From positions 32,001-96,000 of the IMG/VR virus record IMGVR_UViG_2651870089_000025: a stretch of DNA of 64,000 nucleotides. The stretch is one strand, 5' to 3'. Below are positions 1-11,900 of this stretch, one piece after another (position 1 is the stretch's first letter; each line of letters opens with the position of its first letter). This DNA is from a virus (taxonomy: Duplodnaviria > Caudoviricetes). The notes beneath the pieces were generated by a model, which was not told where the DNA came from, searched no databases, and saw nothing but the letters and a program-made list of their open reading frames with translations. The translations under genes and the position numbers were made by a program.

Positions 1-2
1 CA

Positions 3-3000
3 CAACGACAAAGTAATTTATTTGCTGCCGAAGATTGGAGAACGATCTATAGAACGTTCAGCGAAATTAATTTTACCGCATATGATTTTGACACTATTAA
101 AAGTGCAATGGTGGAATATATGCAAAATAATTTCCCTGAAGATTTTAATGATTATATTGAAAGCAGTGAGTTTATCGCCATTGTTGAATTACTTGCATAT
201 ATGGGACAAACAATTGCATTTAGACAAGATTTAAATGTAAGAGAAAACTTTTTAGACACCGCAGAACGTAAAGAGAGCGTATTACGTTTGGCGGAAATGT
301 TAAATTATAAACCAAAGAGAAACATACCAAGCACTGGCTTAATTAAAGTATATGCTTTAAGAACAACAGAGTCTGTGTTAGATAGCACAGGGCAAGAGTT
401 AGCCAATCGCAATATTATATGGAACGATGCTAACAATACTGAATATTTAGAACAGTTTATTTTAATTTTAAATAGAGCATTACTTTCACGTAATCCGTAC
501 GGTACTCCTGTTAAAAAAGGTACATTAAATGGTATTATAACAGAACTGTATCAGTTAAATTCACGTCCTAATACCAACGTTGTGTACAATGTATCTTCTA
601 CAGTGAATAGTGTCTCTGCACCTTTTGAAGTAGTTAATGCAACGTTCGAAGATGAGCAATACGTAACAGAAATTGAGCCAAACCCAACAAGCAGCTTTGG
701 TTTGCTTTATCTAAATGACGGATTAGGCAATAGCAGTGAATCTACCGGATTTTTTACTTATATAAAACAAGGATCGTTAGAATTTAAAGATTTTAATATT
801 GCTGTTCCTCTTGCAAATAGAGCTATTAATGTTCCAGTTACGAATATCAATGAATTTGATGTTTGGGTACAAACAATTGATTCTACCGGTGAAGTATTAG
901 CATCTTGGACAAAAGTACCTTCTGTATCTGGAACAAATGTAATTTATAATAGCGTAATACAAGGTACAAGAAATATTTTTTCCGTTGAGACACAAGCAGA
1001 TGACACAATTAATATTAGATTTGCTGATGGCAACTTTGGTGATATACCTTATGGTATTATTCGTGTATGGTATAGAACAAGTTTAAACCAGCAAATAACA
1101 GTAAGGCCGGAAGATGTACAAGTACAGTCTATACGTATACCGTATACTGATACTGAAGGATTACCGCAAACATTAACTGTTACTTTAGAATTACTTACAT
1201 CTATGGCTAATAGTTTGCCAGCAGAAACAGTAACCGAGATCAAAACTAACGCGGCACAAACATATTATACCCAGGATAGAATGATTACCGGCGAGGATTA
1301 CAACATCTATCCAATTTTTAAGAATCCAAATATTCTTAAACTTAAATCTGTTAACAGAACGCACTCCGGCCACAATCGAGGCGTTGATATAAATGACCCC
1401 ACCGGGACCATACAAAATTTAAATGTGTTTGCAGAGGACGGCATGCTTTATCGAGATTTACAAGATACGCAAGTAACTTTTAATTTAACAGCATCAATGA
1501 CTGCCAATACAATAATACAGCGTTATATACAGACACAATTAAGTGTTGATGAATTAACAAATTTTTATTATGATACGTATAGAAAAGAAGTACAAAGATT
1601 AGAAGGTGCTATAGCATGGAAATTAACGAACACGGAACAATTACAATGGGTTTGTTTGCCTAACTCTAAAGAATCAAACACTGGCTATTTTGTAGAAAAA
1701 GATAAAAGTTTTCTTACTACTAATTCGGTAACGATTGGCTCGTCTTTATCAACAGGTAAACGCCGATATCTTACTGAACAGTCTTTAATAGAATTTACAA
1801 ATCAAGCAGGTAATGATATCCAATATGCTACAATAGAAAATATTATAAGCAACGGCGATCCTGCAGGACTTACAACAGGTCCTGTTGAACTAAACAAAGA
1901 GATACCACAAGGATTTATACTAACAAGATTCTTTCCAACATTGCGTAGGCTTTTTAATCAAACAGAAAAAGTTGCTATTACTGCACAACTTGACTTAAAA
2001 AATACTTTTGGTATTGGTTATGATTACACAACTCTCGAATACTATGTTATTGCACCAAATAATTTAGATAATGTTACTTTAACATACAATAGAACTTTTG
2101 CTAGAGATGTTACTGGAGACAATAAAGATGCTAGTTGGATTATTAAAGTAGAATATTTTCCTGCAACCTCATCAACTTCTGCAAGTTATACTATAACAAC
2201 ACGGGGGTTGAGATACATTTTTGAAAGTGAGCAAGATGTACGATTCTATTTTAATAATGAATATAAAACAATTGACATTAATACTGGTTTTGCAAAGAAA
2301 GATTTATTATCCTTATTAAAAGTTAATGTTGACCGCCGCGCCCAAATAGAAAGTGTAACAATTACAAATCCAGGTTCGGGATATAGCTTTGCCCCTAGTG
2401 TGACATTTAGTGCAGCCGGCGAAGTAGATGAAGCGCAGGCTACTGCATATCTATCTTGGAACACAGTAACAGGTGGTATAGGCGGCAGTGGATATTTGCC
2501 AACTGATACATCGTTGACTTATTTAGATAGTACAGTAGTGGATGGCAACGGTAACCAAACAGAAATATCTATCAACAACGAGGGAGTTCTTGCGCCATGG
2601 GGTAGAAGTTTACAACTTAAAGCAAATCTTTCTAGTAACGCATCTGCTACAATATTAATGGCAAACGATGCAGTTGGTAGTATTACATTAACTAACGGTG
2701 GAGCAAATTATACCTCTCCGCCAACCGTGACTATTTCTGCACCAGCCGGCGTTGGAGGAGTACAAGCAACTGCTAGTGCTATTATCGCGCAGGAATTAAC
2801 AGGCTGGAATTTCACCGCAACAAATTATCAGGGCGGCGGTTATCAAAATGTACCAAATGTTTATATCGATCCACCCGGCTATACAGGTAGCACATGGACC
2901 GTTAATCATAATTTGAATCAGAAATATGTTAATTTCGAGATAGTAGATGAAAATCATCGAGTAATCAATACAGTATATAATCCCCCAACAGTGACGTTTG

Positions 3001-5981
3001 TTGATGCAAACACGTTAACTGTAAACTGGGGAGGTGTTGTTACACCAGGTTATATAAACATTATTAAATCACGATATGGCTTTGGCACGCTGATTCCTTC
3101 TTCTAATATTTGGGAAATAACGCATAACTTAACAGGTACAGACGGTATTGTTAATATAGATATTATTAATGCATTCGATGACGAGTCAATGCAGGCTAAA
3201 ACAGAATTTCCGTTAATTGAATATACAACAGAATCAACATGTCGTGTGATTTTCCCTTCGGGTGTAGCATTAAGTGGTTATGTAGTTGCACATAACAGCG
3301 CCGGCAATGCAGGTGCAACAGGATCAGGTTATGTACATGAACAACTTTCTCCTGCAACTACATGGACTATTTCACACAACCTTGGCATGAAGCATTGTAG
3401 TGTTGATATTGCTGTTTTAGGTACACACGTCGATGGCGCGGACTTTAGCGAATCGATTGATCCTACTTTGTATTATAACATTCGAGGATCATACAGTTAT
3501 CCAACAATAACATTTGTTGATGAGAACACATTAACAGTTACTTTTGCCACAGCAACACCAGGAAAGGCAGTTATTACTTACGGTGACTACCATGGTAGTC
3601 AACAGCAGTCAGTTGGTATTGCACATATGGAAGTAGGCGACGATGCAACAAATCCATCAGGGTGTCCTCCTGTTACAATTAATAGTGGCGGCTCGGGATT
3701 TGTTGCCGGTGATGTGGGAAAAATTTACACAGTAGTCGGCGGTACAGGAACGTCTGCAACGGTTACTATTGCTACTGTTGATACTGTTGGAGGTACATGT
3801 ACTGGTGTTACTTTAACCGACCGCGGAGATTATACTGCACTACCAACTGTTATTGGTTGTGCTACTAGCGGCGAAGCCGGTAGTGTTGGCGTTGGTTTAA
3901 CGCTCGATCTTAACTTTAGAGTTAAAACCGTAGAACTTACTGTCTCCGGAGATGGTTATCAATCAACACCAAACGTTATTATAGATCCGCCTATAGGTAC
4001 TTGCGGTACCGGAACACAAGCAGAAGGTGAACCAACACTTGACGGTGAAGTTGCAAGTATTAACGTAGACGATCCTGGTTCGGGGTATACCGGAGCTCCG
4101 GTTATTACTATATCAGGCGGAGGCGGTGTTGGAGCAACTGCCACAGCAACACTCTCAAATAGTGTTGTTGGTGCTACTATACTGAGCTCCGGCTCGGGCT
4201 ACAGGCCGACTGGCGAAATTTTAACGGTAGGTACTTTTGGAGCAGCAGATGCATCAAGAGCATCGGGTATTTACGGTGGAGTATCTGGTACATCAACTGG
4301 CGCTGGATTAAACGCATTATTTACTATAACAGTAGATGCTTCTGGTGCAGTAACAGCCGTTACTATACCATCTGGCGGATTTGGCTATGAGGTTGGTGAC
4401 ATAATTACAATTAGCGACGCAGTATTAGGCGCTGGCGGCGCCCCTGATTTTACAATGCTAGTAGCATCGGTGTATGAGTTGTCTGTTACTTTCCCTGCTC
4501 CGTCTAGTCCCGGTGCTATAACCCCTGTAACGGCAACAGGTACTGCTGTTGTTAATGCATCGGGCAACGTAACTGGAATTTCAATTACACAAGGTGGCAC
4601 AGGTTACAGTTCCCCGGCAGATGATAGTCAAGCGATTACTATACCGCCTAGTGGTGTTATCGAATCTATCGAAATTACTGATACAGGATATGGTTATACT
4701 TCACCACCGTTTATAACATACCCAACTACAGCAGGAGGAACTGGCGCATCACAAGCAGGCGTGTTTGGATTTGTAAGTAGAGTGCAAATGAATGATTTTG
4801 GAAGTGGGTACACTATAAACGATGCAGTAACATTTACTACACCGCCTGCACCGGGAACACAAGCACAAGGTACATTATTGGTACAAACAACAAAGCCTTA
4901 TACAGATAATATTAACTTTAATATGTCTAGTTTGTTAACTTACGAAGATGGCTATCGAGATCCTAAGAAGGTACTAGTCACATTTGCAGATAGCGACAAC
5001 GATTTAATACCAGATGATCCACTAAGTTTTGATAAGTTTGTTACTGGAAACAAGCACATTTTCCAGGAAACATATGTTGATTTTGATGGATATGTATATT
5101 ATAGATTAACAAGAAATGTTTTAGAAGCAGCCAGCCAAGCAGATGAAGATTTAATATTAGCAGATGGCGCAACGTTTGCCGGAAAATACATTTATAGAAC
5201 AGATACAACGCAGTTTAAAAAAATTAGCGTATCTGCGCCATATACTGCTACAGTTTTAGTAAATGATACCGATGGAACAACCAAGTTTAAAGCATATATT
5301 GGACGTAGTACGCATATTACGCCAACAGTTACTTCAACTGAGGTTATTGAACATCAACCCGATGACGTATTCTTCCAGTGGAAGCATTATGCACCAGTTG
5401 ATCAACGTGTAGATCCGAGTGCAACAAATCTTGTCGATTTGTTTGTACTAACTAGAACATATTATACGGAAGTATTGTCATGGAAAGCAAATAATAGATC
5501 CGTAGATGTTTTCCCTGCGCCTCCTACTACTGCTGAACTGGGAGTTTCAATGGACTTGCTAAGTACTTACAAGAGTATCAGTGATGAGATTGTTTATAAG
5601 CCAGTTAAGTTTAAGCTATTATTTGGTTCAGCAGCTGGTACAGAACTGCAAGCAAAATTTAAGGTTATTAAAGTAGTTGGTAGTACAATGAGTGACAACG
5701 AATTGCAAAGTAGTGTAATTGAAAAAGTGAACGAGTTCTTTGATATCACAAATTGGGATTTAGGCGAAAGTTTTTATTATACTGAATTATCAGCATATAT
5801 TCATCAAAACTTACCGTCACATTTAAGTAGTATAGTAATTGTACCAAAGCAAGCAGAAAGTAACTTTGGTAACTTGTTCCAGGTAAAAGCAGAACCTGAT
5901 GAATTGTTTTTGAGTGTAGCAACTGTTGCTGATGTTGAAGTAGTAAAAGGCTTTACAGAGCAAAACTTAAAGATTAGATAA
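3..5981 (+). CDS. Baseplate wedge protein, T4 gp6-like, with a large inserted repeat region; 5' end lies just upstream of the window
   Basis: The frame is open from nt 3 (QRQSNLFAAEDWRTIY...YDFDTIKSAM), so the track's start at 108 is internal. gp6-type motifs: ELLAYMG..AFRQDLNVRENFLDTAERKESVLRLA..LNYKPKR, IRFADGNFG, AETVTEIKTNA..YYTQDRMITGEDY. Gly/Thr-rich beta modules are inserted at about 2340-4890. Confidence 0.85.
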   Translation, partial: QRQSNLFAAEDWRTIYRTFSEINFTAYDFDTIKSAMVEYMQNNFPEDFNDYIESSEFIAIVELLAYMGQTIAFRQDLNVRENFLDTAERKESVLRLAEMLNYKPKRNIPSTGLIKVYALRTTESVLDSTGQELANRNIIWNDANNTEYLEQFILILNRALLSRNPYGTPVKKGTLNGIITELYQLNSRPNTNVVYNVSSTVNSVSAPFEVVNATFEDEQYVTEIEPNPTSSFGLLYLNDGLGNSSESTGFFTYIKQGSLEFKDFNIAVPLANRAINVPVTNINEFDVWVQTIDSTGEVLASWTKVPSVSGTNVIYNSVIQGTRNIFSVETQADDTINIRFADGNFGDIPYGIIRVWYRTSLNQQITVRPEDVQVQSIRIPYTDTEGLPQTLTVTLELLTSMANSLPAETVTEIKTNAAQTYYTQDRMITGEDYNIYPIFKNPNILKLKSVNRTHSGHNRGVDINDPTGTIQNLNVFAEDGMLYRDLQDTQVTFNLTASMTANTIIQRYIQTQLSVDELTNFYYDTYRKEVQRLEGAIAWKLTNTEQLQWVCLPNSKESNTGYFVEKDKSFLTTNSVTIGSSLSTGKRRYLTEQSLIEFTNQAGNDIQYATIENIISNGDPAGLTTGPVELNKEIPQGFILTRFFPTLRRLFNQTEKVAITAQLDLKNTFGIGYDYTTLEYYVIAPNNLDNVTLTYNRTFARDVTGDNKDASWIIKVEYFPATSSTSASYTITTRGLRYIFESEQDVRFYFNNEYKTIDINTGFAKKDLLSLLKVNVDRRAQIESVTITNPGSGYSFAPSVTFSAAGEVDEAQATAYLSWNTVTGGIGGSGYLPTDTSLTYLDSTVVDGNGNQTEISINNEGVLAPWGRSLQLKANLSSNASATILMANDAVGSITLTNGGANYTSPPTVTISAPAGVGGVQATASAIIAQELTGWNFTATNYQGGGYQNVPNVYIDPPGYTGSTWTVNHNLNQKYVNFEIVDENHRVINTVYNPPTVTFVDANTLTVNWGGVVTPGYINIIKSRYGFGTLIPSSNIWEITHNLTGTDGIVNIDIINAFDDESMQAKTEFPLIEYTTESTCRVIFPSGVALSGYVVAHNSAGNAGATGSGYVHEQLSPATTWTISHNLGMKHCSVDIAVLGTHVDGADFSESIDPTLYYNIRGSYSYPTITFVDENTLTVTFATATPGKAVITYGDYHGSQQQSVGIAHMEVGDDATNPSGCPPVTINSGGSGFVAGDVGKIYTVVGGTGTSATVTIATVDTVGGTCTGVTLTDRGDYTALPTVIGCATSGEAGSVGVGLTLDLNFRVKTVELTVSGDGYQSTPNVIIDPPIGTCGTGTQAEGEPTLDGEVASINVDDPGSGYTGAPVITISGGGGVGATATATLSNSVVGATILSSGSGYRPTGEILTVGTFGAADASRASGIYGGVSGTSTGAGLNALFTITVDASGAVTAVTIPSGGFGYEVGDIITISDAVLGAGGAPDFTMLVASVYELSVTFPAPSSPGAITPVTATGTAVVNASGNVTGISITQGGTGYSSPADDSQAITIPPSGVIESIEITDTGYGYTSPPFITYPTTAGGTGASQAGVFGFVSRVQMNDFGSGYTINDAVTFTTPPAPGTQAQGTLLVQTTKPYTDNINFNMSSLLTYEDGYRDPKKVLVTFADSDNDLIPDDPLSFDKFVTGNKHIFQETYVDFDGYVYYRLTRNVLEAASQADEDLILADGATFAGKYIYRTDTTQFKKISVSAPYTATVLVNDTDGTTKFKAYIGRSTHITPTVTSTEVIEHQPDDVFFQWKHYAPVDQRVDPSATNLVDLFVLTRTYYTEVLSWKANNRSVDVFPAPPTTAELGVSMDLLSTYKSISDEIVYKPVKFKLLFGSAAGTELQAKFKVIKVVGSTMSDNELQSSVIEKVNEFFDITNWDLGESFYYTELSAYIHQNLPSHLSSIVIVPKQAESNFGNLFQVKAEPDELFLSVATVADVEVVKGFTEQNLKIR

Positions 5982-5982
5982 C

Positions 5983-8900
5983 ATGGCAAAAGAAAGAGTA
6001 TTTAAGAAATTACCTGCGATACATCAGACTGATGTGCTGGATAAATTTTTTAAGCATACAATTGATCAATGGTTTGCTGAGGAAAAGTTAGTACGATCAA
6101 AAGGGTTTGTTGGCAGAAAGGATCCTGCTATTTATAAACCAGAAGTTGACTATTATATTCCTGAAGTAGATTTTGTTAGAGAAAACTACCAACTTGAGCC
6201 TGCTTTGATTACAAGAGATGTTAATACTGCATCTATTACTAACGCATTATTTTACGATGATGTACTTAGATTACTGTCAGTAGAAGGCAGTAATATTTCT
6301 AATCCAAATCGACTACTTAAATCAAAGGCCTATTCATGGTCCCCACCAATTGATGTAGATAAATTTATTAACTACGAAAATTACTACTGGTACGATGACG
6401 GCCCGGTACGATTGGATGTTACTGCACCATTGTCCGCACCTCTTGATATTACAACAGACATAATAGGGAAAGCAACATTTACTTCATCCAACGGTGTTAA
6501 GTTTTCTAGTGGCACGAAAGTTAGATTTACAGGGTCAAACATCACTCCAAGTAGTTATTTGAATAAAGACTTTATCGTTGAAGGGGTCGGCAAAAGTATT
6601 CAATTAATTGATGTAGATAGCGATGACTTTAATTCTGTTCTTCCATATACGATTTCAGACGATGCTGAGGTATATGAAAAAACAGATTACATTACAATAA
6701 AACGTGGCGCCACAAATCAAAACCCGTGGAGCCGCACAAACAGATGGTTCCATAAAGATGTTTTATTACAAGTTACTGGCAGATCTACTGGCGAAACTTA
6801 TACAACAGAGACGTTGCATCCGTGGGACGATGCATCTGAACCATATGATAGTAAAAAATGGGATGCAACGATTGCAATCAACAGCGAAGTATTTTCTTTA
6901 GACAGTTTAAGACAAGCAAAACGTCCTATTATCGAATTTGATAGCGAGTTAGAGTTATACAGATACGGGTTAGAGGGGTTAGGAAGTGTTACGGTAGTTA
7001 GTGTCGAAGAGTACGGCACAATACAAGGAGCAACAAATCCAGTAGTAGATATGCATACTCTTCAAACAGGAGATACGCTTATTTTCTTAAATGACGCCTT
7101 GCTAAATTTCAATTTATGGGATGCTGATAGCTTTGACCCGGGTTCGCATCCGTCAGGAACACAATCACCACCTGGACCTTATGCAGATATGCCAAGCGGT
7201 ACATCTGGGGACTGGGACGTGACTTTAGGCACTGGTGCTGTATCTTACGGTATAATTTATACAGCGTCAATTGACTCAGTTACTGGAGTATGTACACTAA
7301 CAGCAACAACAAATGTAGTAGAGTTACAGAAGGTATTTGCTACAGATGGGTTATACTACTCCGGTAGAGAGTTTTACTGGGATGGAAATAGATGGCAATT
7401 ATCACAGGTTAAAGATAAACACAACGATGAGCCGTTGTTTCAGTTGTATGATCGCGACGGTACACAATTAGATCAGTTTGTTGATACATTTTCTGGTAGT
7501 AAAGTTTTTAGTTATAAAGAGTATACCGGAACAAACGATCTTTATATTGGTAAACCTTTGCAGTATAAAGAATTTGGTCAGCAAGCAGATATAGTTTTTA
7601 CTAACAACTTGGAAAGTATTGACGGCTTTGGCGGTTACGGGTATTTAAATCATTACGCATTGTCTGGTAGTGCATCTTTACCTGCTGATCGAATGTTGTC
7701 AGTGTTTTTAAACGGATGGAACGAAACAAACGAATACAGTAAACAAAAAGTAAAAGAAATGTTTGTGGCCTCTACAGACGGCGAGCAAGAATTTACGTTA
7801 AGTGTTATACCAGTTGTTGATAGCACTGGCTATTCACCAGAATTTGTTGTAACAGTTGATGGTAAATTAGCAAAGCAATCAACTCCAACACGAGCATATG
7901 ATTATAATATTGTTAGTAATATTTTAACATTTTCTACTAATAAAATAATAAAAAAGAATCAGATAATTGATGTTCGGATGGTAACAGATAATATAGTTAA
8001 TTTAAACGAGAAGCATTTCTACGAAATACCAGATAACTTAGAAGCCAACCCGGATAACTTGGATGTGACAGAAATTACCCCAAGTGAATTACAGGGACAC
8101 TTTGCTTCAATTATAGAGAATCAAGTTACCTTTGCTGGCAATCAAATAGGAACAAATAATTATCGAGATACTGCACAGGACAGAAGCAAAGGTAGAAGAA
8201 TATTACAGCACGAAAGTTCGTTGCTTCCCTTAATGACGTTATTGTCAAAACATGATGATTTTGATATTACTTCTACGATAAGATATGCTCAGAATGAATA
8301 CGAAACATTTAAAGGCAAGTTTTTACAGAGAGTACAGTTCTTTGCTACGCAAACGGATGCAGCTAATATAAGCAATTTTGTTGATCTTGTTTTGGAAGAC
8401 ATGTACAAGTACAAAAGTAGCTTGAGTGCTTTTAAAGAAACAAAACCTTTTGCGTATGGTATTAATTATACAGAAGAAACGTTCTATCCAGAGTTTAATG
8501 TAACATACTTAGATTTAGAGAAGAATTTAATTACCGATGACGATTTAAAGTATAGAAATAAAATAGTTCATGTTTATGTTACTACATATACCGAACGTCA
8601 AGATGGCGGCACTCTTAAACTATTGCTAAGAGATTGGCAATACAAAATTAATAATAGGCTTGATGAGTCAACAGGTAATGCAATAACTAGAATTGATTTC
8701 CAGGGTGAATACAGTACTATTGTAAGGAATTCCCACGTTGAAGTTAGAATTTTTGAGAATATACAAAATTCTTTTGTACCATTAACACCAAGCATGGCAG
8801 GAATGCATTCTGTATTCATGCCACAATTTGTAGTGGATGATACTTATAGTGGTGGAGACCAGAATGTATTAATAGGGCACGACGGTTCAAGAACAATTTT

Positions 8901-11900
8901 ATTTGGTGACATAAGAGACGATGCATTATTTGAGTTAGAGAAACGTATATACAATGCTATTCCGGCAACGTTTACAAGAGAATACCTTCCTGATATAAAT
9001 TATTATGACCTAGCACCGGGTAAGTTTAGATTTACAGATTATGGTAGTAAACTAGGTTATTCTAGATATGAGTTTATACAGTTACTCACCCCTATTTTAC
9101 AAAGATGGGCAACAGAGCACGGTGTAGACTTGTATACAAATCGTGCATACGATGAGAGTTTACCATTTACTTGGAACTATAGTAAGGAGACCGACAAGGA
9201 CGGTGATACCCTGCCTGGTAGTTGGCGAGGAATTTATTTACACTACTATGATACTATTCGCCCTCATACGCATCCTTGGGAAATGCTTGGATTTGGTATT
9301 AGACCTTATTGGTGGAAAACTACATACGGAACTGATTATAGCAGTAATAATACTGCGTTATGGAATGATCTAGAAGAAGGTATTATACGTAATGGAGAAA
9401 GAGAAAATTTAACTGACAGTAGTTATAAAAACTCTCCGTTCCGACGTAAAGGACTGAGTGCAGTTATACCCGTCGATCATACTGGCGCATTGCTAGATCC
9501 AGTACAAGCAGGTATTCTTACAACAGGCGTTATAGCATCAATGGATACATTTGGCGCGGCAGACGTTTTAAGAGTAGCAGGTACATATACCGGTGTAACT
9601 GGAACAACTGATGGCTTTGGTATTGTTGGTAAATTTAATATTACAGTAGATGGCTCTGGCGAAGTTACAAATGTTACAGTAGTCAGTGGTGGCTCAGGAC
9701 ACAGCATTAACGATACAATTACAATTGCTGATGGACACTTAGGCGCCGGCGGTGCCGCAGACTTTACAATGGATGTTGCTACTCTTACACCAGTGATTGT
9801 TAGTGGCGAGTATAGCAAACCAAATACTGTTGATCGAGGCTTAGATTGGGAAATAGGAGACTTTGGTCCGGCAGAATTTAGTTTATTAACAAATTCAGTT
9901 TGGCCGTTTATTATTAACAAACTTCTTTATCTAGCAGAACCGGTTGAGTATGTTACTAAAGGCTGGGATTCGCTTGAGGGAGAATACGCTATTGCTAACA
10001 AAGCACAATATATCTTTAAAGACACAGGTAAGCGCAAACAACTAAAAGATTTTAATTTTTATTCAGGTACTAATGTCGTTTATGGTTACCAAACTTGGAT
10101 ATATGCATATCTATTAAATCAAGGCAAGACGTATGCAAATGTAATTTCTAATATATTTCAAACATCTGGTGTAGCACTAGGGTACAAAGTTGGCGGTTAT
10201 GTTGACAAAGATTTTACTGCTATTGCAGATAGTTATAGTACAACTCGTACAACTAACAGCATTTTTATACCAGACGAAAATAAAACAGTTATATTGTATA
10301 AAGGACAGAGCGAAGGTTTAAGGAGATATAGCGGAGTTAAAATTACTCTCACCGAAACTGGTTATTCTGTTTCTGGTTATGATCAATATAACTCGTCTTT
10401 TAGAATCATACCAAGTATTAAAGATCATGATGCTACTATCATCCAAGTAGGCAATCTGCGAGTGTCAAAGTATAATAATTCTTATAATGTAGTCGCAGAA
10501 ATACCATACAATGCAGAGTTTAGCAATCAGAAAGATGTAGTTGACTTTTTGATTAGTTATCAGCGATATTTAGAATCTGTTGGGTTCGTGTTTGACGATT
10601 ACGATCCTGATGTTCTCGATACTTACAATTTTGAATATGCAGCTAAGGAGTTTTTATATTGGGCACAATTGTCAACTTGGGAAATTGGAACATATATAAC
10701 ATTAAGCCCAGTAGCAAGAAGCATTAAACTCGATACTGAGAAACTAGGACAAATAGATAGTCTCAGCGAGATTATCAATTCAACGTATAGTGTAGTTGAC
10801 AAGGACGGGTCTGCATTGTACAGTCGTGATATAACAATAGATAGACAGAACGATTATATTACTGTAAAGGCGTTAGATAGCACCAAAGGAATATTTGGAT
10901 TGAAATTGAATCCTTATAGAACTGAACATGCTATTTTATTTGATAACAAGACAGATTTTAATGATTTAATTTACGATCCGTTGCTCCGTTTGAGACAAGA
11001 TCGTTTAAAATTGAATCTTTCCAAGACAGTTAACTGGAACGGACATTACGAAGCACCAGGATACATTATTCAAAACGACACAATTATTCCAAACTTTGAG
11101 ACAACTGCTAACGATTATCGTAAATTTTTTAATGCATATGATACACCGTTAACAAATTCGTTATTGGACAGCTCGAGACATTTGTTTGGCTATCAGCACA
11201 GAGAATATTTAGATAACATTACTGAAGATGAGAATATTAGTTTTCAGTTTTTTAAAGGAATGTTGCGACAAAAGGGTAACGTGGATAGTATTAATAAACT
11301 ACTTCGTAGCCGAACTTTGTCTAATAGCAATATGTCAATTTACGAAGAATGGGCATTTAAGATAGGCGAGTTTGGTTCTACTGCTACTAGCACACAAAAC
11401 GAAATACAAATAAAAGCATCTGACGTTAGAGTGCAAAATCCGCTAATTGAGTTTACATTTGAAAACGATAATATAGATAGCTTATACGACGACTTAATAC
11501 AAGTTAATTACACTAACGATCTTAGATGGATAGAAAAGCCAGAGCTTCCTAAACCGGGAGTTTGGCCAAAGTTACCAATTGGTTATAGAGACAGTAGTTG
11601 GCTTCCGACTGCCGGGTACGTGCACAATAATGATGTTGATACAAGAGCATTCGATGTTAACATCTTGGCAAGTTTAAATACATCACTAGAAGCAGACGTT
11701 GAACCAACTATTGGCAATTTGGCTCACATAGCAAAAACATATAATGATGAGTTTGCTATATTTAAATTAGTTGAGACAGATTTAACAGTTAAAAATATTG
11801 AATTACTGGGTACAGGAAAGACGCGCGTCAGTGTTATCGGGGAAGTTGTTCCGCAAATAGTAGGAAATACTAAAGACATAACACCCAAAGTTGGTGATAC

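Noticed and set aside
22-234. 70-aa plus-strand ORF
   Set aside because: It is out of frame with, and contained in, the gp6-like reading frame, which is open from nt 3.
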